Shown piece by piece: positions 46,771 through 57,498 of a stretch of 64,000 bases of DNA. Numbering within the stretch: the stretch's first letter is position 1; every line of letters begins with the position of its first letter. The stretch comes from Plasmodiophora brassicae. Its lineage: Eukaryota. A program made the position numbers and the translations under genes. A model generated the notes under the pieces. That model was not told where the DNA came from. It was given only the letters and a program-made list of their open reading frames with translations, and ran no database searches. Location: the NCBI GenBank assembly GCA_036867785.1, contig CP145422.1, positions 930,001 through 994,000 on the forward strand, written 5' to 3'.

Positions 46771-47682
46771 GTGATGGGCGATGGGCGTTCCGGGGCGCGC
46801 CGCCTCTGGGACGTCGCCGTCGGCGCGCTCGTCCTCGTCAGGCGGGTTGTCGTCATGCTGCCGCTCGGGCTGGTTCTCGGCATCGTCGCCATGGACTGGG
46901 TCACGTTCGTGTTCGGGTTCCAGCGCCTGCGGTTCGACGCGCACCCGATCGCGACCGTCGCTTGGGTCGCCGCCTTCACGACATGCGCGACCCTGACCGT
47001 CGTCTCGTATCTTCGGTGCGTGTTCACGTCGAACGCCGTCCGCGATCACCCGCCGCCGGCCCATTTCGACGGGGACGACTGCCCGCGCTGCGCCAAATGC
47101 AATGGCCTGAAACCGAATCGGACGCATCACTGTTCGATGTGCGGGCACTGCTGTTTGAAGATGGACCACCATTGCCCATGGATCGCGAATTGCGTCGGGC
47201 ACTACAACCAGAAATATTTCATCCTGTTTCTGATGTGGGCCTGCCTGGGTACGGCTTGCCCTGGCCTTGTACGATATGCTCGCTCATTTGCGCATTCTCT
47301 AGGCTGTATTGTATACATTGCGGGCGTCGGGACGGACGCCCTGAAAGTGTTTGAGGTACGGCAGAAGGAGAGCTTCGCGTTCGATGTCATGTCGTTGTTC
47401 GCCGTGCTGTCGTCGGTGGCGTTCGCGATCAGCCTGCTGGGGTTCGTGTCGTTCCACCTGCATTTGGTGCTGTCGAACCAGACGACGCTGGAGTTCGGGT
47501 TTATTCGTCGCGGCGAGAACGTGTTCGACCTCGGGCGCCGGCGAAATTTCGAATCCGTGTTCGGGTCCAGGCGGCTGCTCTGGCTACTGCCCGTCAACAC
47601 GCTGAAGGTCTCTGGCTGGGATTATCAGTTTCGAGCCGAGGAGAGCTATCCCATAAGCCCGGACGACTGCGACAATGTCTAA
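46771..47682 (+). CDS. DHHC-type protein S-acyltransferase (probable small in-frame intron ~47249-47302)
   Basis: C..C…KP.RTHHCSMC..C.LKMDHHCPWIANCVG..NQKYF; NQTTLE; FDLG…NF..VFG. Confidence 0.95.
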   Translation: MMGDGRSGARRLWDVAVGALVLVRRVVVMLPLGLVLGIVAMDWVTFVFGFQRLRFDAHPIATVAWVAAFTTCATLTVVSYLRCVFTSNAVRDHPPPAHFDGDDCPRCAKCNGLKPNRTHHCSMCGHCCLKMDHHCPWIANCVGHYNQKYFILFLMWACLGTACPGLVRYARSFAHSLGCIVYIAGVGTDALKVFEVRQKESFAFDVMSLFAVLSSVAFAISLLGFVSFHLHLVLSNQTTLEFGFIRRGENVFDLGRRRNFESVFGSRRLLWLLPVNTLKVSGWDYQFRAEESYPISPDDCDNV

Positions 47683-47774
47683 CTGTATACCATAGCCGGA
47701 TTGGTAACGACGGTCTAGACGTATTCTTCGTTTTACATATACCGGGTCGTCGTGAAGAACGGATATCTCGACGT

Positions 47775-47939
47775 TCAACCTGACGGCACCTGGTCGGCAG
47801 GATCGTCGACCGCCTTGGTGACCTCTTTGCGCTGCCCGTCGTCGTCTTCGTCATCGATCTTGGCTCTCTTTCCGGCCAGGGAGTACGCGATGGCGAGCAG
47901 GACGCCGAACACCATCAGGAACCAGCGGAACGGACACAT
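47775..47939 (-). CDS. Small (54 aa) single-TM protein starting MCPFRWFLMVFG
   Basis: Not in the ORF track (<60 aa). Hydrophobic N-terminus and acidic tail; recalls the small MCPLR-type proteins of plants and protists. The 3' end may be spliced. Confidence 0.5.
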   Translation of the reverse strand: MCPFRWFLMVFGVLLAIAYSLAGKRAKIDDEDDDGQRKEVTKAVDDPADQVPSG

Positions 47940-48319
47940 TGGGCGTTAACGCTGCCGACTGTTTAGGCTCGTACCGCGTGATCCAAGATCGATCCAGCCG
48001 CATAGTGGCCGATGGTGCGTACCCGTGTCCTACGTATAGTAGGCGACCTTGGTGCACTATATTCCCAAATCCCAGCACCGGTGGAGCAATGGCACTACTG
48101 TCTCGATGTTCGTGTGTCATCCGCCGCCCGAACTAACTACCAGCTGCCCCCGGAAAGCAGATTCGTCCTCGAATGCCTCGCCTGTTCTCTAACAAACACA
48201 GGTTGGAATGCATTATCCCGGACGAGCTGAATGACAAGGAATAATTAATAGTTCGTGTATGTACAATTAAGTTCGATACATTGGCTTGCTGAATATACCT
48301 ACAGGTCGTACAGGACGTC

Positions 48320-48976
48320 CTAGCCTGGAAGGACCACGCTGTTGGCCGACGATGACGATCGGCGAAACTGGACAACGCGAATAAGCGTCTGCGGATCCGA
48401 CGTTATCGACTCGATAACGAATTGAGCGGATTGCATCGCGTCCACGAACGTTGATTCGGCGTCGGGATGTCGAACGCGATACGCGACGCAAACGGTCGTG
48501 GCGGGCCACCGAGCAAGGGCGCCAAGCGTTGCAAGCAGAGCGTCGTACTGCGCCGGATCGTAGAGCAGATCGCTGCCGACGATGAAATCAAACGGGTCGC
48601 GATGCGTCTCGAGGTTGGCGGCACCCCATTTGAGGATTGCGGTGGCCACCTTGTCAGCGACGCTGTTCCTAGCTAGGTTGTGCTGAAGGTTCCCCAGGAC
48701 GGTCTCGTCGCCGTCCGTCGCCGTGACCCTGGCGCCTCGCTGCGCGAGCTTGATGGATACCAGTCCGCACCCTGCACCGAGCTCCAGAATCGTCTTTCCA
48801 GCCACCGGCACCTCCGCCAGGTGCCGCGAGAGAACGGCGGCCGAGTCCCAGAGCACCGTCCCGGTACAGTTATCCCCGGACCCGATCAGGTCCTGTCGAA
48901 GGCGCACGCCATCGACGACTAGCTCCCGCAGCGCCTTGGTCGACACGATCTCGCCATCCGCGCTGGACTCGCCCAT
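48320..48976 (-). CDS. METTL21-like (Methyltransf_16) protein lysine methyltransferase
   Basis: TGTVLWDSA, ILELGAGCGL, ATD, LKWG, FDFIVGSDLLY. Confidence 0.9.
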   Translation of the reverse strand: MGESSADGEIVSTKALRELVVDGVRLRQDLIGSGDNCTGTVLWDSAAVLSRHLAEVPVAGKTILELGAGCGLVSIKLAQRGARVTATDGDETVLGNLQHNLARNSVADKVATAILKWGAANLETHRDPFDFIVGSDLLYDPAQYDALLATLGALARWPATTVCVAYRVRHPDAESTFVDAMQSAQFVIESITSDPQTLIRVVQFRRSSSSANSVVLPG

Positions 48977-49276
48977 ACCTATCCTGCTCGGCCAGGCTCG
49001 CACGTTGCTGCCGCGGACCACGCATCGCGAACGTGGATACATTAGGGCACATTGTCCTACATTGATGTGCCCATGACCGTACAGGTCCCCTGTCGGGTGA
49101 CGTGCAACACCATGATCGTGAAACCGAGCCTGTATTAGCGTAACGGAAGGTCCGACGCCCGCGACCCTTGCGGCTGATTTGGCGGGTCGTCACTCGTCGC
49201 CTGCCTGCCCGCCAGTGCGTTCGCGCGACAGCATCGCAGGGGCCGGCTTGGTCAGTCGTGGCGCGCTGGGGACGTG

Positions 49277-50836
49277 ATGTCCAAGAAGTCGGCGCCCGTT
49301 GTGGAATTCAGCTCCAGCGAGGGCGACCAGAATGATGACGACTTCGAGGAGGACAGGAAGGTGTTGCAGCGGAAGGCGAAGCAGGGGAAGAAACGGGGGC
49401 GACAGGACGGCGACGGCGATGACGCGCAGACGTGCGTGTGTGGCGCGCAATGGCACTCCAGCGGCCTGCATCGCATCTGCTGCCTGAAGTGCGGGCATCT
49501 GTTCGGGAAATCGTGCATTCTGAAATGGGTGGCCAGCAACCACAACTGCCCGATCTGCAAGAAACGCGCTGTCCCCGCTGACATCCGTCCCCTGTATGTT
49601 GTTGTTCTCTCCTCTCGTTCAGCCGCGCTGGTCAGGGCGGTCCTTACTAGCAACGCCCGCGCAGGTACACGTCCAAGTTCGCCGTCCAGGACAACAGTGA
49701 TCGGGAGGCGTTCAACGCGGCGATTGCGAAGGAAACCGCGCTTCGTCGCCAGGCAGACGCTGACCTTCAATGTGTTCGCGCCAGGTACGACCGCCTGCAG
49801 GCCCGGTTCAGGCATCTGCACGCCGTCCTGTCTCGTAACGCGACCGTATTCAAAGTCGCCGAAGCGGTTCCAGCGTGCAATGCGCGTTCGCTAACGTTCC
49901 ATGACGCCAGCCGGTCCGTCCTGTTCACGACGGGTGGCGCGTTCCACCGCGTCAGCCAGCTCGACAGCCAGCACTGCCGAAAGATTGACGCGGGCCATGC
50001 GGGGGACATTCGCAACCTGCAATGCTGCCCCGACCTGGGCAGCCTGAATGTCCTGTCTGCTGGCGTCGACAAACGGGTACGCGTGTCCAGCTTGCAATCC
50101 GAGTCGTCCATCCTCGGATACGAGGTCAACCAGGTAACCCATGCCATCCCTGCACACCAGGTCCTCGTCGTTGACGTTGAGTCAGGCGGCCTGGTCGTGC
50201 GCGTGGGTCTCGACGTTTGTCATCGTTGCCGGCACGGCGTCGGGGTCGATGTACGTGTTCGATATCAGGAAGTCCCGGGACGTGCTGGCACAGATCCAGT
50301 GCAGGGTGCCCGCTGGCCTGCAATCTCTCTGCGTCCTGCCGTCTGGGGATGCGCCTGACGTGTCGCTGCTGTACGCGGGCCCTGGCCATGCAGGCGTCGT
50401 GTCTGTGGATGCCGGTTGGTCCAACCCGAATTGGCACGACTTCGAGTTTGACGCACGACGATGCTGCTCTGCGTCGTACGACGCGGCCGCCGATCGAATA
50501 TCGCTCTCGATGAGGGGCGATGACGAAGTGGCGCATATCGTTGTGGATCGCGGCTCGGGCGATGTCGTGCACTGCGTTGCCGACGGGTATACGACCAGCG
50601 CCATGCTCGGGCGATCGTCGATCTTCACGGATGAATCGCTGGGTTCGTGCCTGGTGGTGTCCGGTGACGAGACATCACGTTCGCCCTGGGTCTGGTCCGC
50701 CAGTACAGGTCTGACGATCGCCAAGCTTCCCAGCCACACCTCCCGCGTTCTCGACGTGGCGTATTCTCGTTCTGCGGCCATGCTGGCAACGCTCAGCGAC
50801 GAGCAGTTGCTTCTGTTTAAACCAGCTCTTGGCTGA
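49277..50836 (+). CDS. RFWD3: RING + coiled-coil + WD40 E3 ligase, RFWD3-like, multi-exon
   Basis: C…W..SGLHRICCLKCGHLFGKSCILKW…CPIC, then WD40 segments (HAGDIRNL, AWSCAW…AGT.SG…FDIR, VSGDE). Confidence 0.8.
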
Positions 50837-50915
50837 TTACGGTCAGTTGCACAAGGTACATATATGAAGCGCCAGGAGCCGACCGTGCACGGAAGGGCGT
50901 TGGAACACTCGACGT

Positions 50916-52283
50916 TCATTGAGGGTCTGGTAATTGTTCCGCAGACGTCGATTCAGTGGTGGGCGATGGTGGCCGCAAACACATTTTCACAGGGCAGTGA
51001 TCGGAGCCCATGAAGCTGGACCATTTATCAGCTCCTCTCGATTCGCAGTAGATGAGGCGGTCACGAAGGGCCTCCGATACGAGGATCAAGTCGATCCTCA
51101 TCGACTTGTTCGCATACATGCCGGCGTCGTTTCCTCGCCATGTATGGCTCGGGTGCAGGGCATTGACGCCCACAGTCTGCAAACGTTTGCGTTAACCGCA
51201 ACGATAGCGAACGGCCAAGTTTAACGCAGCTGTTTACCTGCCTGTACCGGGGATGTGTTGCCACATAGGCATCGATGAGACGCCCGGCCGACATGATACG
51301 CCGCATCCGTTCTTGTTCGAGATCAGTGCAACCGGGCTACAGTTGAAACGAGTTGAAAACATCAGAACGCAGTGGGCGTATATGCTCGATTGAGTACCTG
51401 TTTCCTGGCTTTGAAGAAACCCATATGGCTCATGTCAAAATTCGATGGAGCGCAGTTCAAGTCACCCATCCAAATGAGGTTCCGCCCGCTGTTCGCCATC
51501 TGAACTCCTCATCGGTCAGGAACGAGGCCGCCAACGAGCGACGCGGCGCGAGTTACTTGTCGGACGAATTCCATAACGCGGTAGTCCCAAAGTTCGCGTC
51601 TCCTCAGGTGCTCCTCGCTGAGTCCATTGTTGGGCGCGTAGCAAGAGAAGACGGTAAGGTCGCGAAACGTCCCGATGAAGATGCGACCTTCAGAATCGTG
51701 CGGCTCCCGCTCCTGTTCAAAGTTGAACATGATCCTATCCGGTCGACATTCCCGTTTGATGAGCGTCAGCGTGCCACCCGTTCCTTTGTCGGCCAGGGAC
51801 CTACGGGACACGCGTCACGTTCGACATTCGAATATTGCAACAACTAGAGCATGGAGCATACCAGTAGTGCAGGTAAGGGCCTTCCTCGACCAGTCGCTTA
51901 ATCAGCGGTTGTACAGCATTCCGTTCTTTAGCCTTACCGATGGCATATCGCGATACGCACCCGCCTTGTTTCAAGGCGGGCAGCCGGGCCTGGAAACGCG
52001 ACTCAGTGCATCGCACTGCTGGGCATAGGTCTCCAGTTGCGCCTACCTCCTGAATAGACACCATATCAGGGTCTTCATCGAGTACGTACTGGATGATCGA
52101 CTCCAGTTGCTGTCTGGAAGCGCGTGCAAACAGCGAATTGCAATTATACGTAATGAACGACAGCGGATCGCGAACCGGGCCCACGTCATCGTCCGCCTTC
52201 GGCTTCTTCGCGGGCGGCGGCACGGCGACGACGCCGGCGGCGACCTGTTTCGGGCTGGGCACGACCTGGAAGAATCGCTTCAT
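50916..52283 (-). CDS. Exonuclease III-family AP endonuclease, multi-exon
   Basis: TYNCNSL, DPDMVSIQE, HDSEGR, YAPNNG, GDLNC, PGCTDLE, MRIDLILVS, GSDHCP. Confidence 0.9.
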
Positions 52284-52499
52284 TGTGCGGAGCGCCGACA
52301 CCGACCCGCACCCGAGCACCATCCAACGCCTTCCGCCAGCTGTTCTGCGACCTGCACCTATTTAGGTGTGCGCCTACAACAAGGCCCCGCCAACACGAAC
52401 GTGTCGCTAGTCGCTACATTGCCAAGATCGACACGAAGAGGCTACCACGTGGCGAGTGGACGAGTCTTGTTGCTCATCGACTGTCGTGTCGAGCGTGTT

Positions 52500-53196
52500 T
52501 TATTTCTTAGCGAACGAGATTGTCAGCGGGTTCACAGGGGTGAACTTGAACCCTTGCAGAGCCTCCATCGCCTGCCCGCTGGCGAACTCGTCCTCGAACT
52601 CGACGAATGCGATGCCGGGTTTCTGCGGGATTAGGCGCACCTCGCGATACCCGCGGTACTGTTCGAACAGGGCGGCGACGGCGCCCTCGGTGACGGTTGT
52701 GGGCAGGTTCTGCACAAACAGGATCGGGTTGGGTGGTTGCTTCAGGTCGGCGCCTGTGATGAGACGCGGAGTGCCATCAGCGGATTCTTCTCTCTCCCTT
52801 TCGGATGGGCCGACAGTGTGAGGCTTGCGGTTCTGAGGCACGAAGGTCCCATCGCGTTTCGCAATGTAGTCCGATTTGGTCTTGGCGAAATTCGCGCGGA
52901 TTGGCTTGCCGAACAATTCAAAGTTCTGCAGGTCGCGGTGCGCCTTGATTGCAGAATTGATTTCGTCGAAGAGGACGAACGCCTGGCCGCGCATCCTGGG
53001 CGTCTTCAGCGCCACGATATCAATAACGGATCCGAACTGGCCACACAACTCATACAGCGCCTTCTTCAGCTCTGCACGCCCGTCAGTAGCAGAACGATGA
53101 CGGGCAGGCGTAGACGAACGGCGGCGTACCCTTCTTCGAAATCTTCTCATTGAGGTTGTTCAGGTAGAGTGTGTGCCCGGGCTGGATCACCGACAT
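52500..53196 (-). CDS. U1A/U2B'' (SNF-like) snRNP protein with two RRMs (one intron ~53073-53129)
   Basis: TLYLNNLNEKISKK|ELKKALY…DIVALKTPRMRGQAFV…; PPNPILFVQNLP…IAFVEF…ISFAKK. Confidence 0.93.
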
Positions 53197-54233
53197 GACC
53201 GCGGGCCGACGATCCCAGTCTGCCGTCAAGTCCGTGGCGCACAACAACCGGCCTGCTGCACTGCCTGCTGCTACTAGACCTGCCGCAGCAGGAGGACCTC
53301 GGCAACAATACTGATGACTCGGACATGCCTGCCTCTGTAGACGACCTATGCCATGTCTATAGGCAGCACCCGCGATAATTAACCAATGGGCAGCGAACTT
53401 CTATTGTATTAAGAACGGCAGTCCAACAGCGCATGTACCGTGTCCCACGAGGTGACGAACGTTCTCAGATACTATCTAGCTCAAGAGTGCCTCCATGGGC
53501 AGTCAGGTCTCTTTGAAGTATAATCATCGAACATTGACCATCGGGACACAGTGTCATCGACAGCAGTTGCACACAGGCGTATTGTTCTCTGGGCTATCGG
53601 GCGAGAGCGGTGCGTCCTCGCCGCGACCCGCCCGATGCCCCGGGACCGACGTGTGCGAAGCAGTTGTGGACAGGACAGGAGGCCGTCTGACGCTGTGACA
53701 CGAATGCCGTACGGCGTCATCTGAGGTCCGCGGAGTTGTTCGCCAGCGTGCCTCCGTACGGCATGCCGTGTAATTTGTCACACAGCGCCGTTCGCGGAAT
53801 AGCACAATGCCCAGCCTCTTCTCTACAGTTTACACTTTACATGGTGGACACGAACCGTCGTGGAATTATGCCTGGGCGCCGAGAGCGACTGCAGACCGGC
53901 ACCCGGTCCGCGCATCGCACTTGGGATGCGACCGCGATCCCGTGTCGGGCAGGCGCTCGTAACGTAAGCTGAAGTCGCCGAGTCTGTTTCGCAGTGGGCA
54001 GCAAAAATGGCGCGAAAATTCGGCTTGGGGACGCAACCCACTCCGGTACGGCACAAGTGACCTCACGCAATCTGTGTTGGCCGTGGGGTTGGTCGGTCGA
54101 TCGTCACCCGTTCATTCTGTTTGCGGGCGCCAGCGCTCTACAACCCGGTTGCAACGCCGTCCGACTACGCTCCTAAGGTCGGTACGATGCCGGCGTATGC
54201 TGCTGCCATGTCGTCTGATTGCCGGTGGGTCAG

Positions 54234-54521
54234 ATGGTGAAGGGCGCGGCAAAGACGAAATCGCCAACCAAGAAGGCCGCCAAGGGTGCCGGCAAGAAGG
54301 AGAAGCCCGCCGTGAAGCGCGGCCTCAGCGCGTACATGTTCTTCGTACAGGCGAACCGTGTCAAGATCAAGGAGGACAACCCGGACGCCACGTTCGGAGA
54401 GCTGGGCAAAATCCTCGGCCAGAAGTGGAAGGAGCTGGACGAGAAGGAGAAGGCGCCGTACGAGAAGCTGGCGGCCGCCGACAAGGCCCGATACGAGAAG
54501 GACAAGAAGGCCGCGTCCTAA
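54234..54521 (+). CDS. Small HMG-box protein (NHP6/HMGB-like)
   Basis: KRGLSAYMFF…NPDATFGELGKILGQKWKEL…KAPYE..A..DKARYE. Confidence 0.93.
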   Translation: MVKGAAKTKSPTKKAAKGAGKKEKPAVKRGLSAYMFFVQANRVKIKEDNPDATFGELGKILGQKWKELDEKEKAPYEKLAAADKARYEKDKKAAS

Positions 54522-54766
54522 ACGTCCTGTCCACTTCCCGGTTTGACAACTGCGAAGGCTGTTCACTGTAATAAACCAGACACAGCGAGGCATGTCCTCA
54601 TTCGAATCGCGATCGTGACCCATAGCGCCGGTATGCACGTGATCGAACAGGCGGCAGCAGTTCTTTGATGCAACGGTGAACCGGGAGGCGGGTGGCCACA
54701 TCAAATCGACACCATATTTGTGGCAGGCAGGCCACGAAGTTGCGTTGAGGTCGGCAGGTCGCGCCC

Positions 54767-55318
54767 ATGCAGCAGCAGCAGAGCCCGAGTGGCCGGGTCC
54801 CGCTGAAGGCCGGCAGGCCGCTGGACGAATGGCGGCGACGGCTGCGGGCGTCGTGTGCGACTCGAAGCCGGGCGGATCGCGCCCGGTTCCTGCGCGGCCT
54901 GCGCTCACATCCGCCGGACGGGTCGCTGTCCGCCGCCGAAATCGACCAGCTGATCGCGTCGCTCGAGTTCGAATTCAGCCAGGACGTCGCCGATCAGATC
55001 CATCTGGCTGCGTACGAATCGTCCCTGCCTGAAATCGTTCGTTGCCAGCTGCGGGTGCCTGCACTGCATGAACTGCGAGCTCACATGACGGGCAGGTTGG
55101 CGATTTCGACTACGACCTGGACCACAGGGGCGCCTACGAGTCTATGTACAGTGATGCGCAGTCTGCCTTTGTCGTATCTCAGACAGTGTGCGCCAGATTG
55201 TGCCCGGTATGCCAGCGACATCATGTGGCAGCGTCAGCAGGGACGTACTCGTGCCCGTGCGGGCGCTTCACGTTGCAGGTCGCTCGTGCGTAACTTCGCC
55301 TTGCTGTTGGCGTACTAA
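54767..55318 (+). CDS. Hypothetical protein (probably spliced; 3' end uncertain)
   Basis: ORF with coding-like composition in its first ~95 codons; no family recognised. Confidence 0.35.
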   Translation: MQQQQSPSGRVPLKAGRPLDEWRRRLRASCATRSRADRARFLRGLRSHPPDGSLSAAEIDQLIASLEFEFSQDVADQIHLAAYESSLPEIVRCQLRVPALHELRAHMTGRLAISTTTWTTGAPTSLCTVMRSLPLSYLRQCAPDCARYASDIMWQRQQGRTRARAGASRCRSLVRNFALLLAY

Positions 55319-55729
55319 TGCTCGCAGGTTGGCGATCAGGTTCCGCCCGCGATGTTGCGCGGTCTGCTGGCCAGAAGCCTCGCCGCCCATCCTGCGCCCT
55401 GCCGGGCAACGTTCTTCGTGCCAACTCCCCGGCGGCTCATCATCGCCTGCTCGCGTTGTCAAACGCAGGATGTCGTCCTGGAGACAGGGTAGGCGTTTCA
55501 CCCTGTGTCAATATACACATGGTGGTCTTTATCGGGACAGGCCTGGTCTGCGCAACCCGATGGACTGCTTCCTGTGACACAGTGTGTGGTTTCGTATCGA
55601 GAGGTACACGTCGTTGCCGATCCGCAGCCAGATACTGTTCGTCGGGATCGGTCGTACTCGTGAGTTCCAATCGCGATCCAACGAACGTATCACGTTCTCC
55701 GCGTCAAGTGGCATCCGTCACCCTTGTCC

Positions 55730-56464
55730 ATGAAGGCGGGGGGCCGGAACACAGCCACCAGCGCCGTCGTTGAAGGCGATACGGACGCATGTGCAGCGGA
55801 ATGGAAACGAGAAGGTGGGCCCGGTCGTCGTGTCAAGCGGCAAGTGACGGTTGAAGGCGAGCGCCCTCGTCCGAAGCGGCTCTGCCGACGAACGAAGCCT
55901 GGCGATACGGTCGTGGGCGACCTGGCGTGGTCGCAGATTGAAATGGAGGACGTTGTGCGGTTCTGGGATCGATTAGCCAGGCAAGGTTGCGCGAGGTCCC
56001 AGTACAGTCTTGGGGTCTGCTACGAGAGGGGGCATGGCGTCCGGCACGACATGCGAGCCGCCGTAAAACTCTGGCAGGCGGCCGCCGAGTCAGGGCACGC
56101 TCGCGCTCAGTTCGAGCTAGGCAAGTGCCTCGAGAAGGGCAGCGGCGTGAAACGGGACCTGAAGGCCGCCGTGTCGTGGTGGAGGCTCGCTGCAGAGAAA
56201 GGCCTCGCTGATGCACAGCACAAGATGGGGGTCTGCTTGGAATCGGGCCTGCAAGTCGAAAAGGACATGGATGCCGCTCTGCGGATGTACAATCTGGCTG
56301 TTCGGCAGAATCATGCAGGAGCGCAGTTTGACTTGGGACGGTGCTACGAGGAAGGCTTCGCGGGTCTGCCAAAGGACAAGAAAGAGGCCGCCCGACTGTA
56401 TCGTCTGGCCGCGAATCAGGGCCATCTCCTGGCCCGAATGGCGTCCCTCTATACCATGCAATAG
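55730..56464 (+). CDS. Sel1-like repeat protein
   Basis: Four repeats of the AQ..LG.C.E.G.GV..D…A…W..AA..G type. Confidence 0.9.
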   Translation: MKAGGRNTATSAVVEGDTDACAAEWKREGGPGRRVKRQVTVEGERPRPKRLCRRTKPGDTVVGDLAWSQIEMEDVVRFWDRLARQGCARSQYSLGVCYERGHGVRHDMRAAVKLWQAAAESGHARAQFELGKCLEKGSGVKRDLKAAVSWWRLAAEKGLADAQHKMGVCLESGLQVEKDMDAALRMYNLAVRQNHAGAQFDLGRCYEEGFAGLPKDKKEAARLYRLAANQGHLLARMASLYTMQ

Positions 56465-56923
56465 CAGACGCTGACTACTCACTGGGCGACCTAGATTCAA
56501 TTCATATATTCAACTATCTAAAACTAACCGTGGAAGGGTATGATGACACCTGGGAGAACATTATAAGGTTTATCCACCCACCGGTTTCCGAGGTTAACGA
56601 ACAAGGACGTTACAGACTTCCGCTCGAAATTTCACAGAGGTTGGGGTCCAGGTTGTTGACGTCGTGGTATAGTACCGGAAACTGTTTCTCGCTGCTAACG
56701 CGCAGGTTCCCCGATCCTGATTACCTAGGCTCTGAGAGAGAGACGTCCAATTGGATCGGCTTCTGGAAGCCGATCACAGCTCATCAGTAGCGGGCACCAG
56801 TGGCTGATGAGCAGCACAGCCGAACCGCGTGCGAGCCGCTCTATGGTACACGAGGTGCACAGCAATTTCATTGATGATAATATACGATAATTATCACGAC
56901 TCGTACCCGATGGGACGCGTGAC

Positions 56924-56997
56924 GATCTCGTGGTGTAGTTGGTTATCACATCTGTCTAACACACAGGAGGTCCCCAGTTCGAACCTGGGCGAGATCA
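56924..56997 (+). tRNA. tRNA-Val(AAC)
   Basis: Acceptor GATCTCG/CGAGATC, D arm TAGTTGG, anticodon loop CT-AAC-AC, T loop GTTCGAAC. Confidence 0.95.
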
Positions 56998-57269
56998 ATT
57001 CAGTGCGCGCGAGTTATCTTTTGTACAGACGCTTCTGGTTTTGCCACCGTAATTGGGGTCAAATTTGAAATTCCCATTGCAGCTGTGTCTGCGAATGTGG
57101 CCCGACGGAGACCCATGTCGCCTCCTCCCAGCCGTCAGCACGACGATCTCGTGGTGAGGTGAAACCTTTGGTCCTCGCTTACCAGACGCGCTCCTAACTC
57201 CCATTGCTGCTCAGTACTACGTCTGTTTCGCGCTAGAGTTGCGTGTCACCTGCTGACCATCAGCACGAC

Positions 57270-57343
57270 GATCTCGTGGTGTAGTTGGTTATCACATCTG
57301 TCTAACACACAGGAGGTCCCCAGTTCGAACCTGGGCGAGATCA
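57270..57343 (+). tRNA. tRNA-Val(AAC), identical second copy
   Basis: Same 74 nt sequence, followed immediately by TTTTT (Pol III terminator). Confidence 0.96.
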
Positions 57344-57498
57344 TTTTTGGTCCGGACGCCCGTAAAAAAAGAACAGTCCGCAAGAAGTGTTTTTTTTGTT
57401 GCCGTCCGTAGCGCTCGAAACGCCCCAAACGGTCAAAGTGGCATCGAGGTCCATAGCCCGCGTCGCCGGAAGGGATCTCGCACTGCCCATTGGACACG

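Noticed and set aside
53200-54200. Possible ncRNA or small ORFs in the U1A-HMG intergenic region
   Set aside because: No recognisable RNA structure or protein motif by eye.
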